A stretch of 33,232 nt of DNA, from positions 1 through 33,232 of the forward strand of contig JAUCBJ010001664.1 of assembly GCA_032718475.1 (NCBI GenBank), in the 5' to 3' direction. Source of the stretch: Nemertoderma westbladi. Taxonomy: Eukaryota > Animalia > Xenacoelomorpha. Both the position numbers and the translations under genes were made by a program. Below, one piece after another: positions 10,950 through 21,990 of the stretch. A model generated the notes under the pieces. That model worked only from the letters and a program-made list of their open reading frames with translations. It was not told where the DNA came from and did not search any database. The first letter of the stretch is position 1; the number at the start of each line of letters is the position of its first letter.

Positions 10950-12504
10950 TTCTTCCTTTTATATTTGTGTATATTATATTGTATTGTATTATATTGTGTA
11001 TATTATTTATTATTTATATTATGATTTTTATAAATTATTTTCTAGAACATAGTCAACATTCTATAATATTTTTTATTCTAGCTTCTATTTATCAATTTAA
11101 AGAAAATTTGAAGAAAATTAAAATTATTTATCAATTAATACTAGCTGTTAAAAAATTTTACTAAAAAACCAAAATATTTTATTTATACTTTTTGCATATT
11201 CTGGAATATTTTAGAAATTTCAATTTAGCTAGATTCATTTTCAAAACAACTAAAACTGCAACCAACCATAAAAAACACTAGCTATGTAAAATACAAAACA
11301 AGTTACGCAATATTATTTTTTGATTTTATAAATAAATGTGCCGCTGTGTGCTGGCATAAAAAATACTAGCTATATCAATTTCAATAAATAAGACTAATGA
11401 CCAATAAAGTGTGTGTGTAAACCAAGTTAAATTACGAGGCGGTAGGCAATATATAAACAAAGCGGTTAACGAAACGGCGGTGAACAATAAATAAAACAAA
11501 CGAGCATAGGCGTAGGCCTACATACAGTTAAAAGATTTGAAAAATATGAGTAATCAAAGCTTTCATATTATAGCTAAGTATACTGCAATTACAGTTATTC
11601 AGATACAGATATACGTAGTTGTTTATCTCTGTTCTAGAACACTTAATTTAATTACTCCAGTAACAAACGTTATAATTTAATGTAATTTTTGGAATAGGTT
11701 GACTAATTTGCACTTGTATTTTATGCTGTAAAAAAAATTCCCCAAGGTATCCCAACCACCCGGTGAATATTTACATTATTATTATCAGGGAAGACATTGA
11801 GAAAATAAAATTGCGTGATGACCCAAGTTCACGGTCCTCCCTTGAGCTCTATTGAGTGTCAACTGGACTATATTAATTATTTAAGGGGGTACAATTAAGT
11901 TCACTGTATAAAAATAGCATAGGTCGATTCGCCATGTTTCATTCCCACAAAGTTGTTATTTAATTTGAGTGTTTAATATAAAGATGTATGGTGATTTATT
12001 GATTAAAAATTAAAATAGTGTATAATATGCAATATTCGCCCAAGCAGGGTCTAATCTGCCCCATGTTAGTGAATGGGGAAGGATTTTTATCCATATCATG
12101 CAATGTTAATGTAATTATAATTATTGAACTCCAGTTAGCTGAGGTAGCAAGTAAATCCAATGGTTGGGGTGGGGTGTCTATATAGAGGGTTTTCTTATAG
12201 CCATCAAGGGATAAATATTGGCTTCTGCATTGGAGATAACAGCCAATCAGATCACTCCTAGCATTACGAAATAAACAAATGCAGTTGTTACAGATTATTA
12301 TTAACTATTCCCGCTTGACAGCCTTTCGCTGACAACAAACAAACAGACATTCATAATTTTATAGATAGAGAAGATAGCATAATAATGCTACTGGATTGTG
12401 TTTAATTGTGTTACTTAATTGTATTTCCATATTGGTGTTATCTAAGCATATGTAATTGGATATCTGCTTATGTTATCCTATATGTTAATATGATATCCAT
12501 CAAA

Positions 12505-12695
12505 CTATCACTTTTATTCAAGCAACAGCAACAGCCTTCTTTTATCAAACAAGAAGATCTTGTTTCAATAGAAAGTCTTTGTTATAAAAAAGCCTTTTCA
12601 AGCTCTTTGTTCTTTTTATAATCAAACTGCCACTTTTAGTCAAGTAACAGCCATTCTTATACCAAACAAGAAGATATTTTCAAAAAAGAAGGCCA
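12505..12695. repeat. Degenerate ~120-bp tandem duplication
   Basis: CACTTTTA.TCAAG.AACAGC...CAAACAAGAAGAT occurs at ~12509-12559 and ~12631-12675. Confidence 0.6.
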
Positions 12696-13011
12696 TCTTA
12701 AAATAATTAAACAACCACTTATTCATTTTATAACTGCAGGTTTGATAAGCAAATATAATCCTAATAAGCGGTGGTTTATTTGGAATTTTTTAACTAAGTT
12801 AACCAGTTACTTCTTTCAGTGTGGCTTCCCTTCAGTGCATTGTTAATTCTAGTCTACTGAAAGAGGACTTCCTTGCATGTGAATTCCGAAATTCTGAAAT
12901 TAGGCTCTACCATTACAGAATTAGGCCTACTTTTACCCATATAGATAGATATTTAATTGGCCCACTGCCCTAATACAGGCAGTACTATCAGACTATATTA
13001 ATGCAGTACTA

Positions 13012-13670
13012 ATGGAGGATACTGGAGGATTATGTTTGTTCTTTAGCGAGGAGCAATTAGAGAAAATGAGCAGTGATAAGATCAATGAGGATGTATTGCT
13101 TCTTCTAGATGACACTCAGCTACGAAGTTATTTACCTGCTTATGGTGATCATTTGGTGGCGACTTCCTATTGTAGGTTGTGCCAAAAAAATAACCAGTCG
13201 AATGGAGGTAAGACACCTTTGGCTACAGGAACCAGTAACAATAATGATACCGGTAGCAATAGTGCCTTAGAACGGGTAAGGGGGCGCTTGCATAGGAAAC
13301 ATAAGGCTGAGTCAGAAAGTGATAGTGGGCAAGCAGGGAATGCAGTTAAGAAAACGAGACAATTTCAATTAGGTTAGATGCATTACTCCAAATCAAACAA
13401 AGAATATAAAACTGTTCACACTGTGTCAGGTGGTGGCACTAGAGTTTTGGATTTAAAGAAGGAGACGACAACTTCAGAAATTTTAGAATTAGGTAAGGGT
13501 TTGTTCTTTCCAAACGGCCTATCCTGTAAAGTAGCAATCACTGATTTCACTGTTGGTTTACAGGATTATGCATGTAATTCTATAGTTGACATGAATGGTA
13601 TTGCTCATATTTTAAAGGAAACAATGTTGAAGCAGTTAAGATTATACATATGCTCAAAGGCTAAGACTAC
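13012..13670 (+). pseudogene. N-terminal fragment of a transposon-associated, G2E3/HECT-linked uncharacterised protein (SAM-like N-terminus)
   Basis: One frame with a single TAG where W is expected: EKMSSDKINEDVLLLLDD..L..YLPAYGD (SAM-like), then NAVKKTRQFQLG*MH...GGGTRVLDL...LFFPNG.S. I recognise this pattern from animal proteins that usually end in a HECT domain. No HECT domain is seen here. Confidence 0.55.
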
Positions 13671-13937
13671 TCAACCAACTTGTCTCCAACTTCCTCCCAA
13701 CAACTTACCAACCAACCTTCTACTTCCTCCCAACAACATACCATTCCACGTTCTACTCAACCAACTTGTCCAACTTACTCCCAACAACTCACCTTCTACT
13801 TCCTCAAAAACAACATACCATCTCACCTTCTACTCAACCTACTTGTTCAACTTCCTCCCAAGTCCCAACAACATACCATCTCACCTTCTACTCAACCAAC
13901 TTGTCCAACTTCCTCCCAAGTCCCAACAACATACCAT
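13667..13937 (+). repeat. C/A-rich minisatellite (~66-bp unit with internal sub-repeats)
   Basis: Recurring CTACTCAACCAACTTGTCCAACTTCCTCCCAA...CAACAACATACCATCTCACCTT. Confidence 0.9.
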
Positions 13938-14399
13938 CGTTTGGACTGTGAGGATGAGGATATTATTGATATAACTATATATATATATAACTATATATCA
14001 GGCAAACTATGAACAGCAAAGATATGATGAACTGACGAACTGGGTAGGCCCTATACACTTACCAGTAGTTATGTATGAATGACTGACTGACTGAATAGAC
14101 TTGCAAATGACTTGAAAGACCCTACTCTATTAATAAAGGAATGTGCACAATATAAACGGTATTTTCTAACTACTGATACGCGATACAAAAAAACTAACAA
14201 CTATTACTGTACAAAAATATATAAATTCGTATATTACTTAACTACTGTAGCACCATATTTTATTTAAACTACCCTAATACTGTAACCAAATAAGAACTTT
14301 AAAGCACAAAATATTGATTTATTTCATTTTATACTGTACAACTTACAAAGCTACTACCCCCTAAGCTCCTACTAACACTCCAAATTTTTTCCTAAGAAT

Positions 14400-15369
14400 G
14401 AATTTTGAATTTAGACATAACCCTTGTCAGAACTGTTGAAACTTCTATAGATATTATTTTATTTAAAACTGAGACCTATTCCTTTTAATTAGTAAACTTT
14501 CAAAGATTTTCCTTATAAATTATTATTTTCTCTAGAATAGACTATCTGTGCTTGATCAAACTTAGGAATATGCCCCGTTTCTACAGTATGAGCTGCTAGT
14601 TATTATCTTTTATGTGTTCCGTCTGATGAATGTCTAACTAATCTAGTGTTGACTATATGCTTTGATTCACCAACATACATATGACCACACGAACATGAAA
14701 TTGAGTAAATTACACCTCTTGCTTCTATCTTCTGGGTTTGCAGTAACCCTTACATAGTTTTGATCTAAGACTAACTAACTAACCCCTGGTTAGAAATATG
14801 TATCTACATTATATTTCCTACAAACAGACTCTAGAGACTCAGTTAATCCTTGAACATATGGAAGTGGAATTTTTATATAACTTTTCTTAGGTAAATTCCT
14901 GTCATCAGGTTTATTATTGTACTTCATATTATTAACTTTATACATGGAGTTAGGAATAATACGTGTAGGATAACCATTGGCACAAAGTATTCTACTGTAT
15001 TCTGATTGATGATATGAGCTACTACCATCAGTTCACAGCGTATTGCAACTAAGACCTAAGGTTTTTTCTATCCCTGACTTTATTCTAGGATGATAGTTGC
15101 CTGCATAATTCATATATCTATTTGAATGAGTAGGTTTCTTATATATGGTAGATTTATAAGTTCCATCGTTTGTTTGTGTAATTAGGGTGTTGAGATGTGG
15201 TTATTTATTGTTTAATGATTTTTCTAACGTAAACTGAGTATTTGGGTTGAGAGAGTTAATATTCGTTAGTAAACTATCTAATTCTGCTGCCTTTACTAAT
15301 ATCCAAACATCATCTACATACAAACTATCTAATTCTGCTGCCTTTACTAATATCCAAACAACATCTACA
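14400..15369 (-). mobile_element. Penelope-like retroelement, 5'-truncated: RT C-terminal part plus GIY-YIG endonuclease
   Basis: YVDDVWIL (RT motif), NSLNPNTQFTLE, IYRKPTHSNRY, NGYP. At ~14600-14720 it reads RGVIYSISCSCGHMYVGESKHIVNTRLVRH (GIY-YIG), followed by AHTVETGH and KIFESLLI. Multiple stops. Confidence 0.9.
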
Positions 15370-16231
15370 TCTACAATAGTTTTGGCCATGTTGATGCCTT
15401 GTGTATGTTTCATATAACTTGTATCCATAGCAATTGATCCAGGTCTACGGTTATGCACTTCTTCAGTATTGTTTATGGTGACGAGAACATTCCCTTCTAA
15501 GTCATCCCATGGTTCCTTGGCCATTTCCATGATATCTACTTCTCCATTATTTGGTCTCAGCAGAAGCCCTGTATGATAGTATTCGAATATGTCCATTCCT
15601 GTTGGTAATTGCTGGAACGCGACTTTACAGCCGGATACGTACAGGGCCAGATCACTGACATCCACGTTTTCAGCAAAGGCAGCTTAAATGAGGCGGGATT
15701 ATTGAAGTTTGTAAACTTCCCTCACCAAGAAGTATGGATGGCCAGTTCTTGAATCAACCTGTTTTACATCATAGTTGTTCTCGTCATTATTAAATATGTT
15801 TCGCATTTCTATACCAATCAGTCTTTTAATTCGGTAGTTTCAAAACGTAGGCAGTCCAGTGAATAGATAAAACGGATATTCTTGTGACATTATCTCGTCT
15901 AGAGAGATCTCACTATCATCATCATACTCAAACAGAGTAGACAAGCAAATTCTCACTGAATTGCATACGGTGTTCATATTGAACTTAAAATATTGAAGGT
16001 ATAACAAACTGTAGTAGCTAGTGGTGCTCAATGTACCTTTAACATATTAATGAATGAAGTATATTCTGGAATTTTTAGATAATCCAATAAAACTGTCCAA
16101 ATATAAAAGTAGCCGAAATGTGCGTTGATTTTGGGCAAAATGTCCTTTTTGTCCCCTTTTTTTCGGAGAAACAAGTGAAAGTCGAAGCTATATTTTTGAA
16201 ATCGAAAACCATCTTCTTGCTCATGAACCAA
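15370..16231 (-). pseudogene. Decayed coding remnant of unknown function
   Basis: Three adjacent protein-like minus-strand ORF pieces (16028-16231, 15840-16031, 15370-15665) separated by frameshifts or stops. No diagnostic motif. Confidence 0.35.
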
Positions 16232-17385
16232 GACACTTGCAACAAATTATGTCATCAAATCATCCAATGTATTGGTAGCATGGAAAAATCCCTGGCTCTA
16301 TGTTATAGAACAAACATATATAAGTTGGCCAATATTGGGCTTAAGGGAGGGGGGGGGGGGGGGGGGGGGGGTCACCTTTTGGAGACACCTCCAGTTTTTG
16401 GAGGTTTAAAAGAGTTTATATTGTAAAAATGCACTGAAATTATACATATCGTCCCTTTCATTTTGAAACCACATATATGCCATTTTTGCCGAAATGGAGA
16501 TTGCTGTATTTCTTTATGTTAAAATGTATTCCGAATCCGATTAACTCACTTAGAAGGCCATGCTCCCACGTATAACTGAGATATTTATCGTTTTAAAATT
16601 TTGCATAGACCGCATGATAAAGAATTATTTTTTTAAAACAACCTATATAATACATTTTACTATTATAAGAAGAGTAAGCCCGGGAAACGTTAATATAAAA
16701 TAGGAAACAACGAATCAGGAGCTAGAATTGTTGTTTATTATGATAGAGGGAGATTTGATTTATATTTTTAGAACTTAATAATCGAATTTGTCTTAAGGGT
16801 TTTAATGCTTTTTGAGTAATCATTGTAAAATATGTAATATTTTTTTTGAAACAACCTATATCCATAGGGGTAAAAACACAAAAAAGTGCCCAAAGGTTAG
16901 TTAACTTTTTCAAATTTTTTGTCATTCGTAAGCTCTTGAGCTGGCGATTTTAATGAAGTCAATTAGCGAGCATAAGGACTCCACTGGTGAATGTTTTAGG
17001 GCAAAAACTGTTGTCCACCCTGTAATAATGTGTCCACCCTGTAATCCAGTTACATGGTGGACATTTAGTCGACACATTGCATTGCATGTCAATATAATTG
17101 TACATTCTTTAGCTTACATTATCTTTTGCGAAATGGCCCACCCCCCCCCCCCCAGTAATTGGAAATTTATAAATACCATATAATATGTATAATTATTACT
17201 GCTGCATTGAGATGTTGCCCGCCCATTAACAAGTTCCAATTATAATAGTCCTACCAGATTAACTATTACCAGTATCGTAAGTTTTTAACAGATTAATTAT
17301 TTAGCGGTACTGTACAATAAGTTTTATTCACAGCACTCAAGAAATAGTTCAGAACCATACAGTTATTCAGTAATCTCCTAGACAC

Positions 17386-19462
17386 CTATTCGTGGATATC
17401 AAACCCCAGAAATGGTGCATCATAGCCAGAACCCTTCCCTTCAACTACTTCTTCTGTCATCTCCATCGAGCAGTTTTCCTCAATATCTGCAATAGGAATT
17501 AAGTTCAATGGGCGGATCTCCCCATGAATGAAACATCGTAGCTCACACGCAGGCCCACATGAAGTAGTCTTCAGGACAATGCGACTATTAGTTGAATCGA
17601 AGAGTATTTCATGGCATTTGCCAATGCCAATAATAGCAGCTAGAGGTGGAATCAACTTTTCCTCTGCCTTCAAAATGTCTGAAGTTGTGTAGGTTAATAT
17701 AGTTGTCCTAACCCGAGTATTTAAAATATTAACTAGAGTATCGAAGTCTGGTGTCGGGCTTGAAACATTCATTCCTATAATTGTATCCACTGTACGTTTC
17801 AATGTTCCACCGACCCCGTCGAAGGCCCCTTACCGTGCCCAGCTTCTAAATAAATCCATCGTAGTAAAATACCTTTATCCTGAGCATAACTTTGAAAAAG
17901 ATTCACGATGAATCGATTCCGATATTGAGCCGTAGGTGAATCAGAAATTATTGTAATCGCATTGAACTTTTTGTTTTTCAGCTCTTGTTCAAGAAATTCG
18001 CACACGCTGGCAAATACTGCTGGGGCTCGGTGGTTTGTGTCAAGACTGAGGGCAGCAAAGGATTTCCCAGCAGATTCAGACTCACCTTTCCAGGACATAA
18101 TTGGATGTAAGGAAATACTCTCTTGAGAATAATAGGCACTATGAATTTCTGCAGGGTGTGGGACCTTATAGTTCTCACTCCAATCTATTTGAACTATCAT
18201 ACTGTCAACAGCACACCTCTTCTTAGCATCTTTGACAGCCCGAAATTGGCAGATTACACGTTCGATGTGCTCCTTTAACTCAGCTAATTCCTCCAACAGA
18301 ATGGGAATAAATGATCCTAAGCGTAGTTGCCTATCCACCTTTCGCCAGGTCTTCTTGCCATCAACTTCTTGTTGCACCCAAGACTGAACATTAATCATAG
18401 CTCGGTCGGAACTTCCTGACAACACAACTCATCAGCTGAGGTACCTTGTGGAAGCAACTTTGAATTTATGAGGCTTTCCACCATCAACTGAGGATTAATG
18501 CAGCGCACACAAAGACAAGTCCCCCAGTCACTAGCTTTCGGAGCGATAATACCTTTCGGCCAATACCTACAGAATATGCTATAACTACATATTCCATCAC
18601 ATTCTAATTCAAACCTAGCATGGATTACCTTCAGGTATTCAATACAATATCTAAGAGGTGCTTTATGTGAAGTGGATCCAACTTTCTCAACCACGAAACT
18701 TTTCCGCTTGTCTGGACATTCACGAGACACACTATCCTGTCTTGCAAAGGCTTCAATAGCACCCTGCAGGTCATCTTTCGCATCCTGAAGAAGTTTCCTT
18801 TGAACCAAGCGGTAACGGCAACCAAGTCCACGTAAAGTGGAAAGTGTTGATCTGTCAGATGAGGACACAATCTTTTTTTTCGTTCTAGGGGTTAAAGTTT
18901 GCAAGGAGTGTAGAGGTGGGGGGGTTGAGGGTGTTAAACGCTGGCTTTGGGTTTGCTTGCTGACTTGTTTTATTTTTCTCTTAAGTGCTCGGTTGTTGGA
19001 TTTGAGTGCTTTTATCTGATTTTTCATAGCTACCAAGGTATTCCTATGTTTGGCCATATTTTTCTTTCGAATAAGACGACCAATAAGTGCCTGCCGGGAT
19101 TGCTTCTCTGGGGGGAGATTATTTTCGGCTGGTTATAACGCCCTAACCTTCCTCTTGTTCCTGTACTTTTGTTTTTTTGATCCGTTCCCTGGATCTATTT
19201 TCCTCAATGACCTTATTTTGATGTTTAACTTGTTCCTGTGTTTTAGAACGGTCAGATTGATTGATACCTAGACGTTTACAATGTCTCTCTCTTTCCTTAA
19301 TTCTCTCCCGTTCTCTAAATGCTGCATGCCCTCCCTCGTTTCTAACCTTTTCCCTGTGGCGTCTAACAGCAGCAGCATTGCGAGACTTAGCAAGGTCCCT
19401 CTTCTGTTAAAAATAGAGTTCCCCCCCTGGAACTAAAGCATCCTGATTTTTTTCTTTGCCAT
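17386..19462 (-). pseudogene. Sola2-like transposase pseudogene (copy B)
   Basis: Basic N-terminus (AVRRHREK...RERERIKERER), then SRECPDKRK, CLCVRCINPQL, IVQIDWSENY, EIHSAYY, SLDTNH, ISDSPTAQYRN and LEAGHGKGP.. with MKRTVD after a frameshift, then GIGKCH. Confidence 0.85.
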
Positions 19463-19889
19463 CTTTCACTTAAAATTACAGATTTCCAAACACACAAATC
19501 ACGTGCAGTAGGCCTATAAGTATAATAAGCAGTGCAGAACAGATAAACCAGAAACTTTCCTTTTTAAAACAAAACATAAATAAATAAAATAATAAATATA
19601 TAAATAAAATAAATAAATATATAATGAATGCCATAGAATAATAATACAATTGCAAATCAAGATAAATATTTGTATTAAAAATACATTGCATGCAACCATA
19701 GGCTATGGTAAATCTAAGTAAAGCTATTAAATTTATGCAATAAAATCTAAAAATAACTACGGGTATCTGGGATGGGAAACTTGAGGCAAACCCCCTCCCG
19801 GCGAATTACTATAGGCCTATCTTCTGAACGAATAAAAACAATTACCTATTAGTGGTAACAATAATCGAAGGCCAAAACAAGATACTAAA

Positions 19890-20360
19890 ATCAATGGATA
19901 TACTATTGTGTGTCTATAAATATAATGTACAATAATGTAATGTACAGTACAGTAATATAATGTATAATAATTGCATAAGCTTCCCAAAACAAAAGAAGCC
20001 CCTGGATGAACCATTGAGTGTCCCCATGTTGAAGCTTCCTTAAACAAAAGAAGCCTGTGCATGTACCATTGTGTGTCTATAAATAGAAAGTATTCCACCA
20101 TTGCTAAGCTTTCCTAAACAAAAGAAGCCCCTGGATGAACCATTGAGTGTCCCCATGTTGAAGCTTCCCTAAACAAAAGAAGCCTGTGCATGTCCCATTG
20201 TGTGTCTATAAATAGAAAGTATTCCCCCATGTTTAAGCTATTCACAGACACGTGCCTGGATGCCTTACAAACCTACAGACACACTTCACTCAATGCACAA
20301 AGTTGAGAGAAGCCCCTGGATGTACCCTTGTGTGACTATAAATAGAAAGTATTCCCCATG
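19890..20360. repeat. ~129-bp tandem repeat (two full copies plus partial copies) built from two related sub-units
   Basis: AAACAAAAGAAGCCCCTGGATGAACCATTGAGTGTCCCCATGTTGAAGCTTCC.TAAACAAAAGAAGCCTGTGCATGT.CCATTGTGTGTCTATAAATAGAAAGTATTCC is repeated. Confidence 0.9.
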
Positions 20361-20454
20361 TCGCGTTGCTGAAGTCAAGTTGCAAAAAAATTGCCACGTG
20401 TAATCCGGCTCATTAAAAACGCTTGAACCCTGCAGCCTGATAAGAGAACTACTA

Positions 20455-20875
20455 ACTGTAATAGCTTTAATTTGTATCTTACAGGGTTAGTGGACTGTCT
20501 TGAAATTAACTAAATAGAGTAGTAGCTGTAATTTTGTCTCTTACAGGGTGGACTGTCCACCGTGTAATTGACTAAATAGAGCAGTGTCGCTGTAATTTTG
20601 TCTCTTACAGGGTGGACTGTCCACCCTGTAATTAAACTATATACTATTACAGGATTACAGGCAACATTACGTGGTGGACATTTCACACTTTCTTTTAACC
20701 ACTAAATTATTAAGCCTCCGTTTAGACTTGCATATTATAGCTTATTTAAAAGCCACTGAAATGGCGAATCGAATGATGCCAAAAATATTTAATTTAGAAT
20801 TACAGAATACAAATTATGAGTCATCCAATTCATATTACATGGTGGACATGTAATAATGGTGGACATATTACATGC
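20455..20875. repeat. Array of TTACAGGGTGGAC / GTCCACCCTGTAA motifs (~63-bp tandem units with palindromic cores), with a matching cluster at 17012-17063
   Basis: Perfect palindrome TTACAGGGTGGAC-T-GTCCACCCTGTAA at 20605-20631 and a near-perfect one at ~20541-20567. Variants at ~20480, ~20667 and ~20834-20865. TGTCCACCCTGTAAT occurs at 17012 and 17031. Confidence 0.9.
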
Positions 20876-21990
20876 TTTCCATACTCGGTTTCGACATATT
20901 TAAATAATCATAACTCTAGTAATTTTTAGTGAATTGTGCTAATTTTTTTTCAGCATAATCCAGAAACATGGAAGCCAATTATTATTATATATATCAAGCA
21001 ACTCCAATACAATACGATCCTTAACTACGTGTAAAATACGCTGGGGACAGCATTGAATCACAAATCTGGTACAATCACTCTACCATCTGTTACTCTGTAG
21101 GGATGTGGCGCAACCTCCTTATTTTTGCATCAAAGGACTGAGAATTTTGTGGGCTTTCGAATGATATACACATTTACTGGTAATTTGTTCGTAGAATAGG
21201 ACCTGTTGACTGCCTAAAGAAGTGAAATTGAACTATGGACAAATCAAAATCGAGCATTTTACAACTTCAAAAATCTATAGATCGGCCAAAAATTTGAATT
21301 TATAAAAAAAATAACGTGCAGTAGAATCACAGATAAATTCTCTACAAGATGGTTTGCAATTTATATGTGGTTTATAAACAAAACACATAGAAAAAATGGT
21401 CCAAACCCGTGTCACAGCCTCTGGGCACTTTTTTGTGTTTTCACCCTATACATTGTTTCCTACCTAATATGTTACATAATTCCAATACCATAACTGTTTT
21501 TGTTTAGAATCGTTACATTTAATGATTTAAAAGTAAATAAGACCAAAATCCTGGAATATTACTTTCAAACAAAATTAGAATCAAAAATGCCGTTTTACAG
21601 GAAAAGTCAATTTTGTCATTTATGTTGTTTGAAAATGAAAGGGATGATATGTATAAGTTAATTCTTAAAACGATTAAAAAAAAAAATTCAAATTTGCGTT
21701 TCCAGCCAATTTTATTCAAATTTTTCTGAATTTCATTCTAAATGCTAAGGCTCCTAGAATTTAAGTCAAGTTAAATTCAAATTTGGCAAGGGGCATCAAT
21801 GGGGGCTGGGCTGCTGTACAGAACTTCTAGACAGATTTTTGAAATTTTGAACAGATGAGTGTATTTTTTATTTAAAAATATATATATTTTTTTATTTTTT
21901 TAAATTATCAGCCCAAAACACCACTTAAATTCTGTCTAGAAGTATTATTGCTCAACATCTCTAGATCACTGTGTGAAAATTTCAAACGAT

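Larger units (their letters stand above)
9059..11870 (-). mobile_element. Academ (XPG-type) DNA transposon, internally deleted, 2.8 kb
   Basis: Ends are 5'-TAGTCAGGTAGAC and GTCAACTGGACTA-3'. An inner inverted match pairs ACCGTGACTTTGGGTCATCACGCA with TGCGTGATGACCCAAGTTCACGGT. A 3-bp TSD, TAT, lies at 9056-9058 and 11871-11873. The interior carries XPG-like and Cys8 coding remnants. Confidence 0.85.
16345..21990 (-). mobile_element. Sola2-like DNA transposon (copy B) with long imperfect inverted terminal regions; exact termini uncertain
   Basis: Nested inverted matches: 16440-16479 with 21617-21656 (36/40), 16701-16710 with 21453-21462, and 16864-16892 with 21422-21449. A candidate left end TTAA|GGGAG lies at 16341-16349. 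A transposase pseudogene lies inside. Confidence 0.65.

Noticed and set aside
10950-11250. Hydrophobic I/F/Y-rich ORFs (10886-11164, also 19476-19699)
   Set aside because: Translation artefacts of very AT-rich low-complexity DNA.
14050-14400. Hammerhead ribozyme or pseudo-LTR expected at the Penelope 3' end
   Set aside because: I found no CTGATGA...GAAA core on the element strand by eye; a covariance-model search would be needed.
19890-20640. Repeat-spacer-like arrays as CRISPR
   Set aside because: The intervening segments are themselves repeated, so these are ordinary tandem repeats.
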